Source: an uncultured archaeon (lineage in GTDB: Archaea > Asgardarchaeota > Thorarchaeia > Thorarchaeales > Thorarchaeaceae). From it: a stretch of 18,749 nt of DNA. Below, piece after piece: positions 1 to 8,301 of the stretch (the first letter of the stretch is position 1; each line of letters opens with the position of its first letter). The notes below the pieces were generated by a model that ran no database searches, had not been told where the DNA came from, and saw only the letters and a list, made by a program, of their open reading frames with translations. The position numbers and the translations under genes were made by a program. Location of the stretch: assembly GCA_964610875.1 (NCBI GenBank), contig CAZSWP010000058.1, forward strand, positions 1 through 18,749, read 5' to 3'.

Positions 1-1
1 G

Positions 2-499
2 TTTGACGCGATAATTGGTGTTGGTGCAGCCTCCGCATACATTTTAGCAGCAGTATCTTCTCTCTATGGTGAAAAAGTCTATACGTTTGCTCGAGAAACC
101 ATGGTCATCTTTGGGACATCAGTGGCGTTGCTGGCTTTTCCAGATATTCAGGGTGGACGATGGGAAAATAGTCCTCTCTGGATTGCAATTATGATAATAG
201 CTTTAATTGGCCTTATACTGTTCATTCAGGTTGCTTATCGGATTTACAGAGCAGGATCTGGAATTGGTGCAGTGAGGTTACTTCTATTTATCTTCGCCTC
301 TATTGTAATTGCATATGTGACTATGTACTCAGATGAGATTGAAACAGTGGTGGCCTATACATTGCTAATAGTATCTGGAATACTTGCAGTAGTCAGTAGT
401 CCGGTTTTCACAAAAATGTTCAGAAGATCCAGAAAAAGGAGAGTTGAACCGAGTACTGAAATTCTGAGGTCGGAGAATTCAACTCGATACTCTCTATAG
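2..499 (+). CDS. Polytopic membrane protein A (5'-partial), paralog of the 1864..3231 protein
   Basis: The frame is open from base 2 (FDAIIGVGAASAYILAAVSSLYGEKVYTFARET) into the ORF at 101, so that ATG is internal. It aligns by eye with the C-terminal five TMs of 1864..3231 (LAAVS, RWExxPL, VAY, RxLLFxFA, SSP) and has a polybasic tail, KMFRRSRKRR. Confidence 0.85.
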   Translation, partial: FDAIIGVGAASAYILAAVSSLYGEKVYTFARETMVIFGTSVALLAFPDIQGGRWENSPLWIAIMIIALIGLILFIQVAYRIYRAGSGIGAVRLLLFIFASIVIAYVTMYSDEIETVVAYTLLIVSGILAVVSSPVFTKMFRRSRKRRVEPSTEILRSENSTRYSL

Positions 500-509
500 G
501 TGACATAAA

Positions 510-1061
510 ATGACAATCGTGAAGGCAGTGGTTCTTGGAGATACTGAGGTAGGCAAGACCTCGTTTACTACGAGGTATACCACCGGAAATTTTCCCGATC
601 CTGAGTTCCTAAAAACAACAATAGGAGCCTCTTTCGATACTAAGAAAGTTAGTCTTCCTTCCGGAAATAATGTAACATTATCCATATTTGATTTCGGAGG
701 ACAGATGCGTTTCATCGAGAGTTTCAAAATAATGATTCGTGGAGCTGTTATAGGACTCCTCTTCTTTGATGTTACTCGACTCCAGACTTTAGATAATCTT
801 GAGAACTATTGGTTACCAGCCATAGAAGACAATAGTATCTTGAAATTGAAGGAGGGTGATGGGAAACGCTTCATTATAGTAGGAAACAAGATTGACCTTA
901 TTGACAGTGAACGAATTGATTTCATACAATCCGAGATGATTCCAATTCTTGAAGAATATCATATGCGTGGAGGATTCATATCTGCAAGAACAGGTGTTGG
1001 GTTCGAAGCACTGGATAGAGAATTTCTAAAACTCGTAGATACTTATGGAATCGCTGAATAG
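510..1061 (+). CDS. Rab-like small GTPase A (Ras superfamily)
   Basis: G1 GDTEVGKTS, G2 TTIGASF, G3 DFGGQ, G4 NKID, G5 SART. AGGTGA RBS (498-503) overlaps the upstream stop. No C-terminal Cys prenylation motif. Confidence 0.95.
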   Translation: MTIVKAVVLGDTEVGKTSFTTRYTTGNFPDPEFLKTTIGASFDTKKVSLPSGNNVTLSIFDFGGQMRFIESFKIMIRGAVIGLLFFDVTRLQTLDNLENYWLPAIEDNSILKLKEGDGKRFIIVGNKIDLIDSERIDFIQSEMIPILEEYHMRGGFISARTGVGFEALDREFLKLVDTYGIAE

Positions 1062-1175
1062 ATTCGCTTTTCATACTATTAGTAGATATCTGAAAATCAT
1101 TTATTATATCCAAAAAATGTCAGAATTATTAGATATGCCATTTATTGGCTAGATAAACTGTTGGAGTAAACGATA

Positions 1176-1460
1176 TTGCAACTAATCATGTCTTGCCCAA
1201 GATGTTCCAAGGGAGCAATCCTGACTCTGGATGATGATGAGGTCGAATCAGTTAAGGAAGCGATTGTTGAGAAGGGAAGGTCACCTACTCTTCTTGCACG
1301 ATGTGAAAGTGGTCATGAACTTATAGTCACACTCTATGTTCGAGATGGTGAGTTGGGTGTTCGTGATATTGCTGTACCTTTGGATTCCAAGCGTGATGAG
1401 AAGGAACCTGAGAAAGCAAAGAGCGAACTGGATTGGGTAAAGGACGTTTTCGGAGGATAG
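1176..1460 (+). CDS. Small zinc-finger protein (CxxC...CxxxH)
   Basis: CPRC and CESGH putative metal ligands, TTG start preceded by GGAG, C-terminal amphipathic-looking segment ELDWVKDVFGG. Confidence 0.75.
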   Translation: MQLIMSCPRCSKGAILTLDDDEVESVKEAIVEKGRSPTLLARCESGHELIVTLYVRDGELGVRDIAVPLDSKRDEKEPEKAKSELDWVKDVFGG

Positions 1461-1467
1461 TGATTCA

Positions 1468-1845
1468 ATGGTTGTAAGACTTGTGGCAAAAGTACAAGCT
1501 GACAATATGGAACCGACAGTTTTGTATCCAGTAGATGGTGTTGATCAGGAGCGAATTGCACTATTAACAGGAATAGTTCAACTTGTTTCAGCGGCTCTTC
1601 AAAGAAGTGGACCTTCTACACTAGGAGAATTCACGCCAAATTTTATGAAATCAGAACGTGGCGTTATCGGATATTGTAGTATGGGTTCATATCTAATCAT
1701 CTGTGAAGGTGACAATGAAGAGGAAACAGGTTCAGCCCTGAAGGCGGCTTATGATGGACGGGATCTATCAAAGATGGATTTTGCACAAAAAGACATGAAA
1801 GAGGTTCAGCAACGCAGTAGGGAGATGGGAGATCTTTGGAAATAG
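1468..1845 (+). CDS. Putative longin/roadblock-superfamily protein
   Basis: 125 aa with an apparent beta-beta-alpha-beta-beta-beta-alpha-alpha pattern: VVRLVAKV / PTVLY / ERIALLTGIVQLVSAAL / FMKS / VIGYCS / YLIICEG / helices. It lies next to small GTPases. The fold call is by eye. Confidence 0.55.
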   Translation: MVVRLVAKVQADNMEPTVLYPVDGVDQERIALLTGIVQLVSAALQRSGPSTLGEFTPNFMKSERGVIGYCSMGSYLIICEGDNEEETGSALKAAYDGRDLSKMDFAQKDMKEVQQRSREMGDLWK

Positions 1846-1863
1846 AATGGGAGGTATAAATGA

Positions 1864-3231
1864 ATGGACTTTTTCTTAGCATTTCTAATCGCGATAACAA
1901 TAGTTTCCATATTACTCTATGCATCACTTAGTGCATTTATAGTAAGACTAAAGCGGATTTATGAAGATGTGAGCATCCCCGTTGGTAGAGCTCTGATTTG
2001 GTATGGCATTTCTGCGTTCTTGATGGGTACAATGGCACTGAATAATCTCTTCAACCCACAATTTGGTATGGTTATGGTGGCTCTGACATTTGGGACACTA
2101 TTAATATCTCAGCTACATCTAGTCATGACAAAACAGAAATCGATAAACTACTCGATTATCTTAATCTTTCTTTCATCTGGAATTGCTACAATTGAAACTT
2201 ACTACAGATGGATTCTCCCAGGAGTACCAATCATAACGGTGGTGGTGTTACTCTTCCTTCTCGTTTCAAGTCTAATTACGGCATTATATCTTGTTAGAGA
2301 GAGTCCAAATCCCTTTACAGCATCCATCCTGACTGTTGTGATTCTACTAATTATTGCTTCAGTAACTGTGATGACACTGAAACTATCTTATAATCCACAA
2401 TTCTTTATCATCCAACTTGCTCCTGTTATAGTTACTGCAGGAGTTACCGGAGCACTTCTGCAGCCATGGAGAAGAATCATCACTTACTCAGTATTGTTCA
2501 CTGCTATAAGTGTTGGAGGAGGTATTGCACTAGCAGCCTACTTAACTGGTGATTTTGTAATTTGGACTTTTGTGACTGTGGCAACCTTTGCAACGATATG
2601 TACAATCTTTCCAATGGACTTCTTCATTGATCAAGCAGCAAAAACAAGGTCGTCAACAGCTTTCTATATTTCTGTATGCGTGGCTATGATTGCTCTACTT
2701 GTGATAACTCATGCTAACAATTATGCAATCGCCAATAGTTATATCAATTCATGGGACCCATACATACTCTTTGTAGATTGGATTTTCGGTATCTTTGGGG
2801 TTAGTGCATTCTTACTTGCGGCTGTGTCAGCAAGCTTCACGGCAAATGCGCGGCATGCAACAAAAGAGTTACTGATTGGTATTGGTATGACTTTGATTAC
2901 TCTGGGAAGTCCTCCAGTACGATTCATTACACTGGATAATGGGGTAGTTTTGGAACGATGGGAGCTTGATCCTCTTTATCTTGGCATTTTCGCCCTACTG
3001 ATTGTCGCATTTGTAGTTTTCTTCAGAGTAGCCTATCAGCTCATCAAGATGGGATCAAAAGGAGCTGCTGCTAGATTCTTACTCTTCATGTTTGCAACAC
3101 TTGGTCTCGGAATTGTAGCTATGTTCGCAGACTTAATTGCTCTCGAAATATTGCTACCAACAATGACTGTTGCAGGGGTATTTCTAATATTCAGCAGTCC
3201 TAGGACTTTAGGCAGGTCTGAAAAAGGATGA
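1864..3231 (+). CDS. Polytopic membrane protein B (~15 hydrophobic segments), function unknown
   Basis: 455 aa, hydrophobic throughout, GGAGGT RBS upstream. No MFS, ABC or other transporter motif recognised. Paralog of 2..499. Confidence 0.85.
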   Translation: MDFFLAFLIAITIVSILLYASLSAFIVRLKRIYEDVSIPVGRALIWYGISAFLMGTMALNNLFNPQFGMVMVALTFGTLLISQLHLVMTKQKSINYSIILIFLSSGIATIETYYRWILPGVPIITVVVLLFLLVSSLITALYLVRESPNPFTASILTVVILLIIASVTVMTLKLSYNPQFFIIQLAPVIVTAGVTGALLQPWRRIITYSVLFTAISVGGGIALAAYLTGDFVIWTFVTVATFATICTIFPMDFFIDQAAKTRSSTAFYISVCVAMIALLVITHANNYAIANSYINSWDPYILFVDWIFGIFGVSAFLLAAVSASFTANARHATKELLIGIGMTLITLGSPPVRFITLDNGVVLERWELDPLYLGIFALLIVAFVVFFRVAYQLIKMGSKGAAARFLLFMFATLGLGIVAMFADLIALEILLPTMTVAGVFLIFSSPRTLGRSEKG

Positions 3232-3284
3232 TAAGTCACGATGTACACCCTGATAGTAAAGCAGGGAAAAAGGTGTCTAATCGA

Positions 3285-3824
3285 ATGAGTATAGTAAAAA
3301 CGGTTGTCCTTGGTGATAGTGAAGTGGGCAAGACTTCATTTACTACACGCTGGACGCAAGGCACCTTTCCAAATCCCGAGTCTCTCAAGACTACTATTGG
3401 CGCATCCTTTGATACCAAGAAGGTTGAACTCACCGATGGACGAATGGTTACAATTTCGTGCTGGGATTTTGGTGGTCAAAAACGATTCATTGAGGCTCTT
3501 AAGGGCATGGTCAAGGGTGCGAAGCTGGGGGTACTCTTTTTTGACGCTTCTCACTTACCAAGTCTTGACAGTCTGTACAATTATTGGATACCTCTTCTGG
3601 AGAAAGAAGGAGGATTTGATTTCTCATCTGGTGATGGTAAACGTTTCATCCTTGTGGCAAATAAGATAGACCTACTAAGCGGTCAGTTTGATTCCATATG
3701 TGAAGAGATGGAGAACTTCTGTGCGAAGTACGGTACTGAACAGGCCATGATCTCTGCAAAAACTGGAGTTGGTATAGAGAAATTAGATATGATTTTCGAA
3801 GGAATGTTAGAAGAATTCTCCTAA
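3285..3824 (+). CDS. Rab-like small GTPase B (paralog of 510..1061)
   Basis: G1 GDSEVGKTS, G2 TTIGASF, G3 WDFGGQ, G4 NKID, G5 SAKT. The likely start is ATG 3285 (MSIVK, matching MTIVK of paralog A; AGGTG at 3271-3275). An alternative start at 3228 overlaps the upstream stop (ATGA). Confidence 0.95.
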   Translation: MSIVKTVVLGDSEVGKTSFTTRWTQGTFPNPESLKTTIGASFDTKKVELTDGRMVTISCWDFGGQKRFIEALKGMVKGAKLGVLFFDASHLPSLDSLYNYWIPLLEKEGGFDFSSGDGKRFILVANKIDLLSGQFDSICEEMENFCAKYGTEQAMISAKTGVGIEKLDMIFEGMLEEFS

Positions 3825-3834
3825 AAGAAAGATT

Positions 3835-3856
3835 GAGTGGGCTATGTGCCCAGCTC
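3835..3856. terminator. Hairpin between convergent genes, possible terminator
   Basis: GAG-TGGGC-tatgt-GCCCA-g-CTC stem-loop, with T-rich tracts following on both strands. Confidence 0.35.
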
Positions 3857-3876
3857 GTTAACATTGATTTTTGAGA

Positions 3877-4353
3877 TTACCCACCAGGACTACCGTGCCA
3901 TGGAGAGTCTTTCCACAGGATATCCCAGATGAGGTCCTCCGTTAAGGTTTCTGGCTCAATAGCTGCTTTGTGAAGCTCCTTTAGGAGCGCATGATGTCGA
4001 ATTTCATCTTCACGAATCATAGATGCAATCGTCTTGACCTGTTCATTATCACTGTTCTCTACAAGTTCTCCATATGTTTTAATGGCTTCAGCTTCCAGAT
4101 CAATATGTGTCTGAATACCTTTGGCAATCTTGTCACGCTCCTCCATACTAATGAAGGGAGTTGGGCCCTCTACAGCTGAACGAAGTGATTTGAGAAGAGC
4201 CGCATGCTTTATTGAATCTTGAGAAATACCAATCAGCAAGTCCTTGACAAATGCATTACCAAGTTGTGAAACATTCTCTTCAACAATTTTGATTATTCGT
4301 TCCTCAAGCTCAATTTGTTTGTCAATAAACGCCAGTGTTTCTTCTTTATCCAT
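3877..4353 (-). CDS. Ferritin-like/rubrerythrin-family diiron four-helix bundle protein
   Basis: Two repeated halves, E...DSIKH and E...EDEIRH, typical of ferritin-like diiron sites. No rubredoxin CxxC pairs. Confidence 0.85.
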   Translation of the reverse strand: MDKEETLAFIDKQIELEERIIKIVEENVSQLGNAFVKDLLIGISQDSIKHAALLKSLRSAVEGPTPFISMEERDKIAKGIQTHIDLEAEAIKTYGELVENSDNEQVKTIASMIREDEIRHHALLKELHKAAIEPETLTEDLIWDILWKDSPWHGSPGG

Positions 4354-4420
4354 CTTACAAGCCTCTCATTGCTATAGAAAAATCAGTACAATCATTCCTT
4401 AAGACTGTTGACAAATATCA

Positions 4421-7321
4421 CTAACTCGGGATTGGTATAGTGAGATGAAATACTGAACCAGAAATTCCGTCACTACGAGGTTTGTATTTTATAGTTCCGC
4501 CATAACCTTCAATGACTCGTTGGCTAAGGTAAAGTCCCAATCCACTTCCACGAATTGATGTGCCCTTTTCAAATAGTTTCTTGACTAGTTTTGGTTCTAC
4601 TCCTGGACCATCATCAATAAAATCTATTTGAACCTCATCTTTACTTAACTTGAAACGGATATCCACAACCGGATTTTCTCCAGCATATTCTGCCGCATTA
4701 CGGAGAAGATTGTCAAAGACCATTGGTAAGAGTCGGCCTCCTGACACTCTTATTCCCTCTATTTCTTGTTTGTTTATCATAGTTATTTTTAGATGAGGAT
4801 GAATCTCATTTGCTCTTGATACAGCTTCCTCTACGAGAGGAAGAATTGTTTTTGTTGTTGAGGTTTCCACACTCCTCTCTTGAAAAATTTGTAGAACTCT
4901 GGCCATTCTTGTTGCACTAGCTTGAGTCACATCGAGTATTTCAGCAACCTTCTTTTCATCCATTCCTAGAATCTGCCCGGATTCTATTTGATTCAAAATT
5001 AATTGTAAATCATTTCCAAAATCATGTCTAAGAAGCGATGTATACAATTCTAGGTCTCTATAGGAATGTTTCAACTCTTCTTCAGCATTTACCCTTCTTG
5101 TTACATCTCTTGAAACACTCACGACAGAGATACCATCTTCATGTAATGAGAGATTAGCTGAGAACCATAATTTCTTTCCATCAATTACTAGTGGATAGTC
5201 AACCGATGTGGGTTTACCAGTTCTTCTGACTTTATGGATTCCCTCAATGATTACTTTCGCAATGTCTACTGGCAGGGCATTAATTAGTTTTGAACCTACA
5301 AGTGTTTGTAAGTCACCATATAATATCGATCTGTCTGAAGCAAATATTGAAGCATAACGATCTTCCTTATCAAATACAAATACAAGATCGTGCATCGATT
5401 GAATCATAGTACGTAATTGAACTTCGCTTAGTTCCCTTGCCTCTTGTTCTATTCTACGTCCAAGGACTGCTGAAAACATATCTGCAAGAGCTCGAAAGAA
5501 TGTTCTATCATCGTCACTCAATTCTTTAGGTGCAAATGATGATACATTCAAGACTCCAATTACACTATTTCCTGAACTGATTAATGGCCATATCACAGAT
5601 GAATTAAGTGACCACTCTCTGATTGATTCAACATACTCATTCTTGATGGTGGAGGCTTCTGTATTAGGAATAAAGAATCCTTGTTTTGAAAAAGCTGCGT
5701 GAGCACCAAGATGATGTCCCTCTTTAAAATCAACCATAGGATATGAGTAGGTGAGTTTCTCTTGTTCGACACCATAACTTGCTACTAATTCAAGTTGATT
5801 GTTTTCAGGATTCAAGAGACGTACGGTACCTATATCGAACTCAAGTGTTTCTACAATGCTTTGCAGTGCTTTTTCACTTAGAGATTCAATGTTAGTTGCC
5901 AAAATCGCAGCTTCTGCAATGGAACGATATGCCTGTCGTTCTTTTCTCAGCTTATCCTCCGTCTTTCTATGCTCAGTAATATCATTAATAATCGCGACCA
6001 TGGCGTAATGCTCTTGGTGAGGATTGAGTGCAATTGTAATCTCTACTTGAATAAGTGAATCTGAAGTAGTAAGAATCTCTCCCTCAAAAGTCATATTATC
6101 TACTGTACCTTTCTTATCGAATATTTCCTCTGCCAATGTTTTCAATTGCCAAAGAGTTCTAGGTGGAAACAGCTTATCGAGTGGTTCACTAAGAATATCT
6201 TCTCTCTCAATGCCGAAAAGTCTCACTGCAGAGGGATTCCAATGCGTGATTTGTAATTCTATATCGACTGCTAATACTGCATACGGGATAAGATTCAGGA
6301 GAGATTCTTGACTTGATTGTGCAAGCATTAGCTGTCCTAACAACTCTCTGTTCTCAATCGCAGAAAGCGTTGCTTCAGAAAGCATATCTCCGATGACTAG
6401 AATCGCATCTTCAGATTCATCCTGTAAGACCAAAGGACTACAGGGCGATACTAGAATTTCATCTGCTGAGATATATGATAGGATTGGAAGATTCTCATAT
6501 GAAGTATAATTCATCATCCTGTCTGAATGACTCTTAGAGAGTGCCATGACGAACCTTGGTTTCTTAATTGACCCATGTAACAAAGCATCGCGAAGTGCAA
6601 AATCTAATGGATCAATATCATGCTCAAGATACAGATCATTTATGGCTCCAATTCCAAGTCGCAAATTGGTTTCCAATACTACCAATACAATTGCATCTCT
6701 ATAGAGACGCTTGCCACATATGACTGCACTCTTATGTTTACTTGAATGTGGTTTAGCTATAGCTCCAATAATTCCAATGCAATTGGTATTCACATTTCTC
6801 TTTACGATTTCGAATAGATCATTTGGTTTTGTTACATTCGAATGTTGCAGTCCAATGCTACCAAATAACAAACCTGTTACACTTCGTCCTTTTGCTGAAA
6901 TCTCATTCCATATCTCACTATTTATATCAAAATATTCTGCAATCTCTGAGTTTTCTATTAGTTCTTTTATCCTGTTCTCAGGATTATCTGATACACTACT
7001 TACGAATGAAACCGTTGCTTTAACAAAGGGAGAAGCTAGAATTATGATTTGAAGGTTCACATATTTATTACCAAAATCTGGCTCGCTTGTAGCCATCCCT
7101 ACTATCGGCACATCTTCTAATATTTCACCAATTCCACGAAGTGATTCGGTCAAATTCAGTTCGCAGGATGAAAAGATGAATGCTATTACTGGTGAGTGTT
7201 CTTTTATCATATCAAGAGCTTCTGAAGCAAGCCTTTTTCCCAATACTCTTGCATTCTTATGGGAACCTGAGGAAAAACCTACTTCAAAATTAGCCACTTT
7301 CAATCTCTTCTTAAATTTCAA
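4421..7321 (-). CDS. Cytoplasmic sensor histidine kinase: FIST-like N-terminus, PAS, GAF, PAS, HisKA, HATPase
   Basis: H-box LLRHDFGNDL, N-box FDNLLRNA, G1 DDGPG, G2 GSGLGL. PAS signatures WNPSAVRLFG...DITE and ...RDVT. GAF PLISSGNSVIGVL. The N-terminus resembles FIST (AFIFSS...VPIVGMATSE). TTG start is uncertain. Confidence 0.9.
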   Translation of the reverse strand: MKFKKRLKVANFEVGFSSGSHKNARVLGKRLASEALDMIKEHSPVIAFIFSSCELNLTESLRGIGEILEDVPIVGMATSEPDFGNKYVNLQIIILASPFVKATVSFVSSVSDNPENRIKELIENSEIAEYFDINSEIWNEISAKGRSVTGLLFGSIGLQHSNVTKPNDLFEIVKRNVNTNCIGIIGAIAKPHSSKHKSAVICGKRLYRDAIVLVVLETNLRLGIGAINDLYLEHDIDPLDFALRDALLHGSIKKPRFVMALSKSHSDRMMNYTSYENLPILSYISADEILVSPCSPLVLQDESEDAILVIGDMLSEATLSAIENRELLGQLMLAQSSQESLLNLIPYAVLAVDIELQITHWNPSAVRLFGIEREDILSEPLDKLFPPRTLWQLKTLAEEIFDKKGTVDNMTFEGEILTTSDSLIQVEITIALNPHQEHYAMVAIINDITEHRKTEDKLRKERQAYRSIAEAAILATNIESLSEKALQSIVETLEFDIGTVRLLNPENNQLELVASYGVEQEKLTYSYPMVDFKEGHHLGAHAAFSKQGFFIPNTEASTIKNEYVESIREWSLNSSVIWPLISSGNSVIGVLNVSSFAPKELSDDDRTFFRALADMFSAVLGRRIEQEARELSEVQLRTMIQSMHDLVFVFDKEDRYASIFASDRSILYGDLQTLVGSKLINALPVDIAKVIIEGIHKVRRTGKPTSVDYPLVIDGKKLWFSANLSLHEDGISVVSVSRDVTRRVNAEEELKHSYRDLELYTSLLRHDFGNDLQLILNQIESGQILGMDEKKVAEILDVTQASATRMARVLQIFQERSVETSTTKTILPLVEEAVSRANEIHPHLKITMINKQEIEGIRVSGGRLLPMVFDNLLRNAAEYAGENPVVDIRFKLSKDEVQIDFIDDGPGVEPKLVKKLFEKGTSIRGSGLGLYLSQRVIEGYGGTIKYKPRSDGISGSVFHLTIPIPS

Positions 7322-7464
7322 TACTCAATGATGATAGTATAACATTACAACAGTTAGGTGATATGAATCTATTAATGAATCTGGGAGGTTTTTCTTACTA
7401 ATTTGTTTATATTATCTAAGAATTCTGCAAATATGAGAGGAATTTCCATAGTTGTGATATTGAT

Positions 7465-8139
7465 TTACCTATATTTTCGCATCTCAGTGTCAACTATTCG
7501 CAATCCAAGAAGCATAAACTCTGAACCTCTCGTGTTTACTACTGTCTTAGCCCTGGCAAGAATAGAGGGTGCTGTAATACTGAGGAAATCATAGAATGAG
7601 TCCTCTGATTTCGTTAAGGCTTTACACATTCTCTCCAAATATAATGAGAGTGTACTCTTGCTAATTCTTCTTCCAATATACTCTCTTTGTAGACACCTTT
7701 CAAGTTCACCCAAGAATCTGTATACAGTAGACTGTGACTCTGCAAGCAGTTCAGGAGTTATCTTTGGCGGAACTAATGGACGTAGCTTTTTGATTGCTCG
7801 TCTACTACCTAAAGCTAGTTTCATCTCATCAATCGGTCTTTGTGGAGTCAGGTGGTCATCAATAATTAAGCGACGATACGCATGTCTGCCATGAAGATCA
7901 ATAGGTTCGAGGTATCCTTTTGATTCCATTTTTCTTAGGAGATGCTTGAAACCTTCTAACGAGATGACCGATGTCATGCTGCTTAAATGGAGGAATCTCT
8001 CGAATAGTGTATCTTCATATGCAACAACAGTCCACCCAAAACAACGTAAGACATTCTGCTCTAACGTATTTGGGATATCAATACGCACATCACGCTCAGG
8101 CAACATGCTCCAACTCCATTGTTCAAATACTTTCATCAT
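7465..8139 (-). CDS. Hypothetical basic protein, possibly with an N-terminal winged-helix domain
   Basis: 224 aa ORF. FKHLLRKMESKGYLEPIDLHGRHAYRR resembles a wHTH recognition helix plus wing. Confidence 0.6.
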   Translation of the reverse strand: MMKVFEQWSWSMLPERDVRIDIPNTLEQNVLRCFGWTVVAYEDTLFERFLHLSSMTSVISLEGFKHLLRKMESKGYLEPIDLHGRHAYRRLIIDDHLTPQRPIDEMKLALGSRRAIKKLRPLVPPKITPELLAESQSTVYRFLGELERCLQREYIGRRISKSTLSLYLERMCKALTKSEDSFYDFLSITAPSILARAKTVVNTRGSEFMLLGLRIVDTEMRKYR

Positions 8140-8301
8140 AATCTAATAATCTATTGCATTCTAGGAAAATATTGGCCTTAGCACCAATTCACCATATGAG
8201 GTGTATTGATAAACAATGGGAATATATCTCAACCAAATCTTAATGTAGTGATATTGTATTGATTGATTGAATAATCGCGAGATAATTAGAGTGGATAACA
8301 T

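Noticed and set aside
510-1061. DFGGQ suggesting a Roc (Roco) domain split from the LRR protein
   Set aside because: There is no COR domain, the GTPases carry Rab-like motifs, and the LRR gene is more than 7 kb away on the other strand.
1452-1460. C-terminal GG on the Zn finger (and on the ferritin-like protein) as a ubiquitin/SAMP-type conjugation signal
   Set aside because: Neither protein looks like a beta-grasp fold, and no E1/JAB gene is present in the window.
494-3433. Two similar minus-strand ORFs (494..727 and 3236..3433) that look like a small paralogous family
   Set aside because: They are antisense shadows of the conserved GTPase N-termini, which fully explains their similarity.
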